From contig OZ237747.1 in NCBI GenBank assembly GCA_965178125.1, forward strand, positions 558,001 to 622,000: a DNA stretch of 64,000 bases, written 5' to 3'. This stretch comes from Bilabrum cf. latius. Its lineage: Eukaryota. The notes beneath the pieces are model-generated. The model was not told the DNA's origin, searched no databases, and saw only the letters and a program-made list of their open reading frames with translations. This document shows, in pieces, positions 47,999-60,000 of the stretch. Within the stretch, counting starts at the first letter, position 1, and each line of letters starts with the position of its first letter. Position numbers and translations under genes: made by a program.

Positions 47999-50119
47999 TC
48001 ATACCTAGGCAACCGGTCTAGCTTCGGAGCTGGCAGCAGCCGGGCTGGCAGACAACTCGCTTGCATTCGCACCAGTCAAGCCAGCCACTATGCCATCTCC
48101 GCTCGTCTGTCTGCGTCCTGAGACACTCTTGGAACCAACCTGCTATTCAGAGCTACCAACTTGCCGTTGATCTTGCTCGACCTCCTCGTCGTCGTGCGTC
48201 TCCTCGAGCCACAGACGGTACAAGTAGCCCGCGCTTAGGATGGTGCAAACCATCAGACCCATGTTCGCGTTGAAGAACTGGCCATCATTCTCTTTCAGGA
48301 CCACCGCAGTGATCGGTGTGACCACCACAGCACAAAGCGCGCCGATGAGAAACAATAGACCAGCCAGCACACCAAAGCGAGACGGGCCGTACACGGCCAT
48401 CACGCGGGCCAGAATGATGGCAAAGATCGATTCCTGCTGCAGCGTGTACATCAAGAATGTCACGGGCTGAGCCTCCACCACGGGGACGAGGGTAAACGCC
48501 GAGTGCACGATCCCGAGGGCCACCACGAGCCCCATGCCCCAGAAGGCACCCAGACGGTCGTACGCCATTCCGGCCACTGCCGCCATAAACGCGCCGAGGG
48601 GCGCGATCCACCCTAGCAGCGCCAACCAGTCCTCCACCTCCGACTCCAGCCTGCTTAACTCAGCCTCAGCCGCCGTCTGTTGCGACTCACCGCTCCCTGC
48701 ATTGCCTGTCTCGCCCTCGCATCCCCCCGCTGCATCTGCCGCCACGTCCGCCCTCTCGCCGTCCACGTCCACCTCCCTCACCCCGAGCATGTCGCCCAGC
48801 TGCAACGCTGCCGTGCCAAGGTAAAACACAAGACGGAAGTAGGTCACAACGAAGAACAAGAGCAGGAACAGCGCTTGCGGCTGCGATGCCAGCGTGGCGT
48901 ATTCGAGGATACCTGCATTGAAACTCTTCCAGCAGGATGGGGGTTGGGACCCTGCTTCGCCAGATGCATCTACATCTGTTACGGCTGTTCCATCCGCGGC
49001 ATAACTTTTTTGCTATCCGCCTTCTTCCTCTTTGCTATCCTCTTTCGATTCTGAGTCTCCAGCAGCACCGCCCTGTCCCTGTCCCTGTCCCTGTCTCTGT
49101 CCCTGTCCCTGTTCGATCAGAACTACCTGCGAATCTCCCCGCGCGGGGGGCTCCTCCTTGTCCTACCCACCGTCGATATCTACTTGCTTTGCAACTGAAA
49201 CGCCCTGTGAAGTGCCATCGACACCACTATCGAAGTCGCACTTCCTGCCACCTTGTGGTATGGGCGTGCTGGGCAAAATCAGTCCAAAGGCTGCGAACAG
49301 CACCGCGAGCACCGCCACCGCAGCGTAAAGCGCCTGAAGAGTCGCCCCTGAGACGCTGCTGTTGACTGCAGAGAGGAGTATGGGGGTCAAAGCACTTCCA
49401 CCCATGCAGCCGCTGAGAATGCCCATGATCAAGCCTTCGTTGCCGGGAAAGAGGTTTGCTGTTGTGGCGTAGCTGAGTTGCAGACCGCCCCCCGCGAACG
49501 AGAGAACAGCAAACCCGACGACGAATAGGTCAGCAGATGCTTCTGTTGCACTATCGTCGTCCTTAAAGAGCGATACCATGAGTGCACCGGCCGCAATGAT
49601 GGCATTGGCAAGCACATTGAGCACACGAGGTCCGAACACGTCATGAATGGCTCCGAGCGGCATGGTGGATATCATCAGCGCCACAGTCGCCGTGGTAAAA
49701 GCTGAGCTAATGTGAATAGCACGAGCATCGCACTCTAGCGAATCTCCACAGCACAGTCCCGAGTAGACACCGTCATTTTCGAGTATCAACTGCAAAAAAA
49801 ACAGCATGAGCACACTCGGTGGGCTGTAGGGTACCAAAGAATATTATCAAAGATGCAACTGGGGATTTCGACATACTTATTGTACTACATAATGATGAAA
49901 ACCGACACTGCCACAGGAATGCAGGTTGAAATACGTGGCATAGGCCCTAAGCATGCAGTTTCCGTACACCCTCACTTGAATCCCTGACCAGCCAAGAATC
50001 TGCCCACCCAGAAGGAGCACGTTCAGGCTGCCTGATATAACATATACATATCTACTAACTAACGGGGACAGGTCTGGAATCGCCATGCTGGAGTTTGCCA
50101 GGTCAGCCGGAGACGTCAT
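47999..50119 (-). CDS. MFS transporter, SLC43 (LAT3/LAT4)-like
   Basis: LLLGGQILGWSGIQ|LILENDGVYSGLC (intron 49790-49975), PLGAIHDVFGPR, VYGPSRFGVLAGL; about 12 TM segments. TAG at 49163, 49013, 48143 and 48005; TGA 48001-47999. Confidence 0.85.
49071..49112. repeat. (CCCTGT)7 imperfect hexamer repeat encoding QG repeats in the transporter loop
   Basis: Read directly; one unit is ctctgt. Confidence 0.85.
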
Positions 50120-50267
50120 CCATGGATTATGGCTCCGAGTAACACATTGTAGCGTTCAAATATTTTGCAGTAATGTGAATAATTGGCAAGGTTGCCGTGG
50201 CCAAGCAAAGCACGACTCCGCGCTTATACTCTGTCTGTGCCTTGTGCTAGGATAATTTGGTAATTAT

Positions 50268-51642
50268 ATGGCGGCAGCTACATCGGCAAGTGGTCTCGCT
50301 ACGACCGCAGAAAGTGTCTGCAAGAAGGTCAGCGTCCATCGAGTGGTGAGGACTGCTGCAGCTCACGCATGGAACGCTGACATGACAGGTAAGAGTCATG
50401 AGTTAGTATCAATTGTCTATATTCTACGACTTTCTGGGCCCTGCATCGCTGAATGTAGCCGCACTGTCTTGCATTTCGAGGATCGCAGCCGTTGCTGTCG
50501 CTGATGGTTCCGAGAATGTCTGGATCTACGATAGAATCCGGGATACAGAGGCCGGCAAGGGGGCACCGGGCGCGTTCTAGTCGCTGAAGGATACGAAATC
50601 GTGGCGACTCGCCCACAAGCTGGAGGCACACACCCAGAGAGTTACCGGGCTCGACTGGTGCCCGATTACAAACAGGCTGCTGACTTGCTCCATGGATCGA
50701 AACGCGTACGTCTGGACAAAAGTAGACACAAAATCAGTCGTTTGGGCCAAGGGGGAGAAGGGCCAGGGTATCGCGTACACATGGAAGCCAACCATGGTGG
50801 AGTTGAACTTGAAGCGAGCAGCAACGGTATGCCGATGGAGCCCCACCGGCAAGACCTTCGCGGTGGGGGGTGGCGAGGGCGTCGTGCAGGTCTGCCACTA
50901 CGACGAGTCGGGGGACTGGTGGGTACCTGCCTGCATCGACGGCTTCCGTTCGGCAGTGCTCTCACTGGCGTACCATCCGAGCGGGCACTCCATCGCCATC
51001 TCCTCCGCCGATTCTAGGGTGAGAGTGAGCAGCTGTTTCTTGGTGGAAGCGGAGGGCGAGGGAACAGAGCAGGACGGGGGTGCATACTTGCCCGCCGAGT
51101 TCGCCACGACGTACGAAGATTTTAAGGACGGCAGGTCCTGGGCCCACGCGGTTGCCTTCTCGCCCGATGGCGCCTGTCTGGCGTGGGTGACCCACGACGC
51201 CTCCGTGTGCATCGCATCGCTCGGATCAGGGGACGGGAAATCGCCCGTGCATCAGCTGAGGCACAGGGGACTGCCGTTCACGACGCTGCAGTTCGTGGGG
51301 AGCGATGCCCTAGTGTGCGCCGGGTTCAGCTCCGGGCCAGTGCTGTACAAGCAGAGGGGCGACAAGGGCTGGGAGGAGGTAGGGTGCATCGATGGGGGCC
51401 GGGCTGCCAAGAAGAAGAAGGCGGGGGGCAAGGGCGGGAGCTTCGCGGCGAACCGGCAGATGTTTGCTGCTGCAGTGGACCTGGGCATGAAGGTCGGGCC
51501 CGACGGGGCTGCGAAGGGTGGGGCGGGCGAGTCGGAGGGACCTGCGCTCAGGCACGAGTCTGCCGTGGTGGAGCTGAGGAGCGTTCCGGGCGGCGTGTCC
51601 TCTGCTGGGGCAGATGGGCGGGTGGTTCTGTGGAAGATCTGA
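50268..51642 (+). CDS. ARPC1: Arp2/3 complex subunit 1 (p41-Arc, WD40)
   Basis: AHAWNADMT, intron 50389-50488, HTQRVTGLDWCPITNRLLTCSMDRNAYVW, WKPTMVELNLKRAATVCRWSP, SSAGADGRVVLW. TAG at 50578; TGA stop. Confidence 0.93.
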
Positions 51643-51786
51643 TATGTTTGCTGGTGATCCATGTTTATTGGCGCGTGCTATGGTACTCTGTACAGGTTCA
51701 ATCGGATGCGGACATCCTCCGGTTTGTGTTTGCTCCTCCTTCTCACTTGCAACGACTCCACGCCAACACTTTACACAACGAGCGCA

Positions 51787-53418
51787 ATGAGGCTCGCGCT
51801 GCAAGACGGATGCATTCTATGCACTGTGTTGGCTGGTCTTGCTTTGGCATCCACACCACCACCGTATGCCATCCCGTCTGATGGGCTGAACGCCTCGCGA
51901 AGCTTGTTCGTCGTGCAAGAGGCCAGTATTCCGACGGACGATGACAGGCTATTTGTCCAGTCCTTGCAGGGCCTACATGCTCGTGTGTCACCGAAGCTGT
52001 ACAGGAACATATCGAACAATGGAGCAGAGCTATGGCTACAGGAGATGGAAACGCTGTTCGGGCTGCAGTTGCGTAGTGCGCCGGGATCTGCCAAAGATAT
52101 CCTCAATCAGGGTGGAGAGCTCTCGGCACCTATCAAAGGGTATGTACTTGCAACAAACTCAAGTCATCCAGGGCCTGCAGTGCTGGCTGCAGCAGGGATG
52201 GAGGGAGCCGTCGTTGCAACCCCGGCAACTAGAGCATTGCTGGACTCGAGTGGTTTCACCATGCTGCTTGATTGCTCAACAATGACATATAGCTAGGTGC
52301 TAGACAGATTAAACGTTTCCAGCGATTCTCACCCCGAGGGGCCGTACGCAAGGCGTGTCGCGGCTCTCCAGGACGACAGCAAGAGCGCGGGATCTCTGAC
52401 CGATCTCGTGATCGCTTCTCGTGCGATCCAATGGTGGGACACCGACATGGGATCGCAGCTGTCCACCAGGGTGCTGCATTCACTGCACGATGGATCTGCA
52501 GTATTCGGCTGGGGCGCGGACGAGGGCAAGACTGTCGCCGCGATCTCGCCCGGCGGCAGCTTCGTGCACGCCTCTGACTACAGCTCCAACCTCGCCACTT
52601 TGAGCGCCTACAGGCTGCCTCCGATGACCAAGGCGCAGTCAAAGGATCCTGATCTGGCATTACAGGCCGGGAAAAAGCACACTGTCTGTTTCCTGATGAC
52701 AGATGGAGACAACTTGCAGTGGCTGCAGAACGATTTCGCCACCAACCCGCTGTGGTGGGCCAGCCCCCAGAGAGGCTCCTTCCCTCTCGGGTGGACGCTC
52801 TCGCCCGCCACCTACTACCTAGCACCTGCTCTACTGCACTACCTGCGGCGAACCGCCACCCCGAACGACTCCTTTGTCGCTGCTCCGAGCGGGGCAGGGT
52901 ACTCCAACCCGGACGTAATGGCGCAAGGCCCGGGCGGCGCTCACGCTCTGGATACCTTCTCCGATTTGACAGCGACCTATGCTGCAAACAGCGGCCTGGG
53001 GATTGTCAACGTGATCGGGCAGAACTACGACGCAGGTGCAGCGGCAGAGCTCCTCGATTCAGCTGACCTGGACGCGTTGTTCTGGTACAACTACCGCAGC
53101 TATAGCGACCTCCAGGGCAAGATCGACTTTGTGAAGACTCCGTCGGGCGATACCAAGCCGGTAATCGGTGGCAGATTCCAGCTCTGGACGGGCACGTTCA
53201 AGAACACAACCAGCTTGCTCACTGCCCTGGAATCGATGCCTGCTGACCCCTCCTCAGAAGATGGGTACTCACTCGTGCCCGTGCACGTGTGGTCGGATTC
53301 GGTGGGGCATGCCGCCGAAGTGGCCCAGGCACTCATGCAGCAGAGCAATAGGTTTGATGTTGTTCTACCTGGTGAGTTTGTGCGACGGATCCGCGCGAAC
53401 TTAGGGCCGGGCCGCTGA
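51787..53418 (+). CDS. Secreted GxGYxYP-family putative glycoside hydrolase, about 543 aa
   Basis: Signal peptide; VFGWGADE, VHASDYSSNLATLS, FLMTDGDNLQW, RGSFPLGWTLSP, SGAGYSNP, GYSLVPVHVWS. TAG at 52294 joins ORFs 51661 and 52297; TGA stop. Confidence 0.85.
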
Positions 53419-53540
53419 GGGCCACGAGCCGTACTGCGCTGCGGGCTTTTAGACGGGAGTGCCGCTGCCGCGACGTCGGCTGCTTTGCTTGAATCTGCAT
53501 GGCTTATTCGCTTATTCCTATGCTGCCACAATTGCCAAAG

Positions 53541-56500
53541 TCAGACATGTTTGCCATGAGTATCGCCAGCTGACGCAGCCGGTCCCACTGGCGGTACCAC
53601 GGGCCCGTTCAAAGGGTTCAAGAACAGCGTGGCACCCTGCTCTATTTGTCTGCCTTGTCGCGCTTGCTTGAGCGGACCTTGTGGCGACCACTCCTCGACG
53701 AGAGCTGCACGATCTACATCTGCTACATGGTATGATGCCGCCGCGTGGTTTACTGGCGGGGCAGATGAAGTATTGGAGACATCGTCGCCCGGATCGCCGG
53801 CAGCTTGGGGGATGCCAGGACCGATGCTCTCATTCCTATGCGGCGCATTACGCACCTCCCCCGGCACGAACCGCTGGATATTACCTTCTCTAGCGCGTGT
53901 CTCCCTAACTATCATTTCAACACCAGCCGAATGCCGCTGAGCGGAGGCCAGCCTAGATCGCCGATTGAGTCCCTCGATCCCCGACGTGCTCAGAAGAGCG
54001 GATACCAAATGCCGGAGCACATTCACTGCTGTGAATGCAAGCGCAAGCAGGCCAATCATGCTCACCCCGCGACGCTTCAAAGTCAGCGCCCAGATTTGCA
54101 CCACGAGCTGTACGGCGTCCTCCACGAACAGCTAGAACAAACCGAGTACCCTCACTCGATGCGATAGCTCCCGCCGAAGGGTCACGTCCTTGTCGCTGCC
54201 TGAGCTGTACAGTGAGAAAGCGGCTCGATTTCCCAGTTGACTTGTCAACAAATCGAGTGCCTTAACTCCGAAAATAGACAGAAATGCGACAGCGGACACC
54301 TCAGCAAAATGTCTAAACGTGTGGTCACGGACGCCGTCCACTGCCCACCACCGCAGCACCACCACAGCCAGGACCAAATTGATTGCAATAGATGCACCAA
54401 TAGAAGAAATTGCAACGTACACCAGTACAGGGTAGTCGCAGAGCCTCTCTCGCGTCAGCTGGTAGGCGAAGCTTGCGTCGCTCACCACGTCGAGAATCTG
54501 AAGGCCAACGCTGATTACAGTTAACGATCCAGAGAAGGAGACCCAATCGTTTATCCTAAGATAAACCCCAACACTCGGCACCAGAATTGCAATTGAAATG
54601 GCGCCGATCGTCAGGGCCCTTGCATTGACTTCAACAGTGGGGCAAGTCTACTGCCGTGACGGTACGATCCACTCACCTGGGTAGCAACGGCACGGCACTG
54701 CACTCTCAGCTCCCAGAGTGGCTACAATCTAGATACCAACGGTAGTATTAATTATATTTCTACCGCTATCAGCCTCTGCATGCTGCAGTAGCCTCTCGTT
54801 GACCAGCTGCCGCGTCCACTCCGAGGACGCGACGTTGTCGCCTGGTGTCGCTCCGCCGCCGCCGCCGAGCGGATCCTCTGCTCCCGGGCCAACAACCTCA
54901 ACCAATACTTGTACCTCTGGACTCTGGTTCGAATCTGAGTCTGGCTTTGCGCCAGCGACAGCGAGCCGATCGACCCAAGCACTGCCATCGGCAATCGAAG
55001 GCCTTGCCCGGACCTGTTGTAGCCCAGTTGCTTCCACAAGAGCCAGTGGCACACCTCGTCTTAGCGCCTCCAAGCTAGTCCCGGTTGCGCCATCATTTCT
55101 TGATGTACTGTCTTGCAGCACGCCCGCTACAGCAACTTGCATGAACACAGACCGAGTGCCAGCATCACCAGGTAAGCCGTCTGGAATGGTGCTCGGACTC
55201 GGAGATGCTGAAATGCTTGGCGAAGGAGTTGGGCTGACGCTTGGAGTCACGGAGGGACTGGCGGATGCCGACGCACTTGGTGTCGAGGATGTGCTGGGAG
55301 AAGAGCTCGGAGAAAGAGTCGGGGACACGCTCGGTGTCACAGAGGGTGTCGGGCTCGGCCTAGCTTGGTCGTCGTATGCCCACAGCTGCGTGATCCCAGT
55401 TCCGTTGCGAGCAGAAAAGTACAGCAGCTGCCTACCTAATCCAGGAGGCTCATATGCAGCAAAAGAGCCTGGCAATGAACTTTGATCTCCCGGCCAGATG
55501 TCCTGGGCCAGAAATGCGAACGGCTCTCCTGCGTAGTCATATCCCCACGGCTCCGAACCTGTCTAGCTCGAGAACGCTCTCAAATACACAACCCCTCGGG
55601 GCCCTAGCGTTACCAAGCTGGGCTAAAACATTTGGGAAAGGATAACTTGTGGGGTTGCATTCTGCTGGGCCACGTTCAGAGAAATGAGTTGGAGTGCCGC
55701 TGTCGCGGTCTCCTTGGACGCAGTGAGCACGATCGTGTCGTTGCTGACCTGCACGACACCTTTAGGTCTGAACCACCCGGATGAAGCGGGCAGCACGAGC
55801 TCTAGCGTGGGCTGAGAAGAACTGTCTGTGATGTTACTAACGACGTATAGCTCCGTCTATTGACTCCTCGCCTGCGCCTGGAGAAAGAGCCCTCGCGGCC
55901 ACACAGACAGCTCTCGCGGGGCAGACGATCCCGGTCCTGGATTCAAGTCTGCCACCATGGAGGGAAAACCCGTGCCATTGTACCAGTAGAGCTCGCGACC
56001 CTGAAAAAACGTTCGCGCCGAGAAGTATAGCCTTCCATCGAAGCTTGTAAGATCGCTTGGTTCCGAGGACCAGGAGCCCGGCTCGATGTCTGCCACCAGC
56101 GTACCAACCCCAGAGCCATTGTACCGAAACAGCTCGGTGCCGATGTCGCTTCCACCATACGCCGCAAAGTAGACAGTTTGCTGGCCGTTATTGGTCACTG
56201 TGCACGGTGCCTGCGCTCCTTCGGTGTTGTTGATGGTTGCGCAGGTTGCACTTCCGTCTGGTCTGAGGAGCCCAGCAACCCCGCATTCGTGTAGCGAAAC
56301 GCCGTTCGTGCTGGTTCTAGCACTAAATATTACTGTGGTGGAAAAATGCACCATGCCAATCGGATTTGAGCCTGTAGGACCAGGTTCCAGGTCAAGGGCC
56401 AGCCAAACTGAGTCTCCATCGCTTGCCCACAACTCGTTGCCATGCACGCCATCTTCGGCTCCGAAGAAAAGTGTGCGTTCGATCTCAACCGGTGTTGATC

Positions 56501-56768
56501 TCAATTGTATGTTTGAGATCGGTTTCGCCGCCCCGAGACGAGACGTGTTCGACAGCATCCTCGATGATGCGAGCGCGGGACAGTGCGTCGGGGTCATCGC
56601 TCTGTGCGATTCTCCTGCCATGCCTTGCGTGGATTGAGCGTCAACCGATTGAGATAATGTACCGCCCAAGCGAGAGCATCGCGCCATCACTACGCAGAAG
56701 TAAGTAGTCATGATTTGGAGTACCTGACGTACAGTGACCTGTTTGCGCTTGCCGAGGGCCATGCCCAT
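53541..56768 (-). CDS. Cell-surface protein: ELWxxDGT-repeat beta-propeller, Pro/Ser/Thr stalk and multi-TM C-terminal domain, about 1075 aa
   Basis: Repeats HGNELWASDG, GTELFRYNG, GRELYWYNG, VADIEPGSWSSEP; stalk (PSVTPS)n at about 55200-55360; TM region DVVSD...EDAVQLVVQ. TAG at 55857, 55623, 55563, 54729, 54648 and 54132; TGA stop. The start is uncertain. Confidence 0.75.
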
Positions 56769-57069
56769 GCTTGGAACAGGGATAGCCGTAGAATAAATCG
56801 AAAAATAATGATAAGTAGATGCGGACGAGGGGTAAATATTGTTAAAGTCGGCCAACATTGTTTTTCTCCCGTTGCGTCGTGCCCTGTTCCGGTTTGACAC
56901 AACCTCTTCGCCGGGCCGGCGGTGTGTTGGTTGTTTCTGCTGGGCGGTCCAGTCAGGTGTTGCTTTGTGCATTGTCTTGAATAACATTCTCCTTCTTCAT
57001 ACCTGGTGAGTGCGTGCTAGGAAAAGCATTCATGCTGATGCCAAGAGCTTCAAATGCATATCAAGCATG

Positions 57070-60000
57070 TCACTGAGGCATAACCCCAGCGCCGGCCCAC
57101 AGCTGAATCCCTGGTACCACCGCCTTGTCCGACGATGACGCCCACTCTGCAGCACCGACCGCCGTCCCCTTGACCGTAACCTCTGCAGCTCCCCCGCCCT
57201 CCCACTCAATCCGAACCGACCCTCGCATGTGCCTCGCAGAGTCACTTTGTGTTCGCGCATAGATCCAACCCGACCTGGACGCACCCGGCGCGATCGGCCC
57301 GCGGCCCAGCTCCACCCACAGGCCCGACCCGTCCGCTCGAGGCACCCTGCAGCTCCTCGCTGCGGCCCTCACCCTGAGCGGCCTCTTCGAGTGGTTCCGC
57401 ACCTGCACCCGCCTGCGCGCCAGCCCAGGAGCAGGCACCGATCCAAGGACCACCTGCCTGGGCCGTACCTCCACGACAGTGCCGCCTAACGGACCACCGC
57501 CGAGACTAGTTGCCCCTGCCCCAGTCCCAGCTCCAGCTCCAGCTCCACGGCGCTGCAGGGATCTCGCAGCTGTCAGACCCCCACCTGCAGCCCTCACAGC
57601 AGCATCCGCATCGCTCGAGGAAGTTGGAGCCACAGGGCCACCATCAGCAGTGGTCTGGCCGTATAGCGCCGCTTCCGGCTCCTCATCGCTGTCGGCCGGG
57701 AGCTGGCCCACGACGTCGCCCAGTGGCTCTGTGGGGCCGTACCGAGCAGGATCCGCGCTCTGAATGTCACGTGTTCCCTGGTCGTCACCTCCTTCGCGCA
57801 TGATTGCGGGGCGCTGCGCGGGTCGCGGCGGTCGGTCGCTAGCCACTGAAGCGAGAAGAGCTCCACTCCGACCCATGGGTGGCTGTCCGCCCCGGCGGTG
57901 CGCCTCGTATCTCTTCCTTGCCGCTCCTGTAGAGGACAGAACATGGCTGGAGGCAGCTGCTTGCGGGCTCACCACCCCGATGTGGTGCCTGCTAGAGGCA
58001 AGCTCATTGAGTGTCGGGTCACCGTTGGCTGCCTCTCGTGCGTCCTGTAGGGATGGATGGCCAGCACCCGCCAGGCCGGTTCTCGATCTCTCGTACGGAG
58101 TCTGTGCTGTGCTGCTGACAGGCGTGTTCACCCCACTGCTGCCTCGCTGTACTGCCTGCAGACCTGCCAGCTCTGCTCTCCGGAGCGTTTCCGCCCTGCT
58201 GCGGGACCCGCGGTCGGCCCGCCGGCCCGATGCAGAAGACGCCATGCGATCCGCAAGGGTGCCAGTCGCACCCACGGAGCCGTCTCGCTCAGCTGTCGTC
58301 GCCGATTCGGCCCTCGACACGAGCCTATTGATGTCCTCGGGAGCAGCGGTGGCCATGGGAGGCACTGCGAAATCTTCGTAGCCAGAGCGCATGCCAGGTG
58401 CATCGCCAACACCCCCGCCGTACTGACTCGAGCTTGCGGAATCATGCGACGCGTGACTGCTTCCCTGGAGTTGGTCGCTGTGGCTCGACTATCGCCGAGA
58501 TCCACCGTGCGCGTCACGAGGGGCTGTCTCCGTGTGAAGGGCGCCGGCTAGGTCTTGCTCCACCGTCGAAGGGGTACGCGGCCGCGGGATGGCCCCGTCG
58601 TCGTACCTGCCGGCCCTGCGGCCATCTCCATCTGAACCGGCAACACCTGGCTCTACCCACTCCTTCTCATGCATCTCTTCGGCGTCGCTTCCTGGTGAAA
58701 CGCTCGCATCCTGAGCTCGCGCAACAGGGATCCGACTAGCCGTGTTGCCGCTACCGTGCTACGTGCTAGTGGAGCCCGCTGCCGATCGTCTTGGTCCTGC
58801 AGATGTGCTAGACTAGCCCAAGACGCGAAGAGGGGCTGCCACTGCCGTCGTCTGCTCGGCGTTAGGGTGCCTAGCAGCTTTCTCCTCGGCCCTTCGCATG
58901 GCCTCTGCTCGGGTCTAGCTCTCCTGAATCCCAAGCAGTGCACCGAGTGACATGCCACCGCCCTTGTCCTCCTCGCCCGCCTGCACCTCGATTCGCACCT
59001 TTTCCTCGAACGGAAGGTCTTCCTGATCCTGCAGCTGCTCGAGCTGCTCGTCCAGTTTGCTCTCCGGGCCCTAGATACCCTTGCGGGCAAGTCTGCGGCG
59101 CTCTCGTTCGAGTTGACTGGCTTTCCTGCGACGCTCCTTTGCAGCTTGCTTGCGAATGGCGTCATCCTGCGCTTGAAGCTTGCCAACCTGCTTCCGCAGC
59201 TTGCGGCCGAATCGCGCCAGCCGCCGCCGCTGTCGTTCCACCCGCTTGGCTGCCGCAATCGCCAACGCCTGGCTAGCAGGGTCAGCATCGAGCTCTTGCT
59301 TGCTCTCGCTGTGCTGCTGCTCCTCCTCCTCTGTGACCTTGAGTTGTCTCAGTGCCTGCATGGTGGCTTCGCTCCTCTGCCTGCGCCAGTCTGCTAGTCT
59401 CTAGGCTGCAACGCTCAGCCCAATGATGGCCTCAAGCGATGCACCGGCCGAGTGCTGAGACACCGCAGTCACCACGGTCACCGTAGAAGAGGCAGAGAGA
59501 GGCTGAAGCCTGGAGGCAGCGTTCGAGTTGTGCAGCGGACAGCTGTCGGCCAGCGGCGGGGCCAAGCCCACTGGCCTTGGGCTGATTCGCTCGCACGGCC
59601 AGTCTCCATCAAGGTCATCCGCAGGCGGTGCCTCCCCAGCGAAGCCAAAGGAAGGCCTCCCCGCTCCAGCCCCGGCTCTCGTGGCCACTGCCTTTGCTGC
59701 AGTGAGCGCAAGGTCCGCCGCCCCGTCCTCGTTGCTTGATGCCTGCTGGCCCGCCCGAATGGTGCCAGCCAAGTCGGCGCCTCCAGCATTCAAGTGGCCC
59801 GTCACGCTGGGCAGTACACCGATGCCGCGCATCACCACTGGGTCCGGGCGACCAGCTGCGGCCAACACACGCCGCCACTTGCGCCGCTGTGCCTCCAGTC
59901 CGGGCTGTGCATTGGCTCCAAAGACCTCCCTCTTCGTTCCTACGCTTGGCCTCGTGGCAATCCTCGGCCGCAGCCAGCCGCCGCCAGGTGCCAGCAGCAG

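Noticed and set aside
55200-55360. CRISPR-like or satellite array
   Set aside because: The degenerate repeats encode a Pro/Ser/Thr stalk within a CDS and have no repeat-spacer structure.
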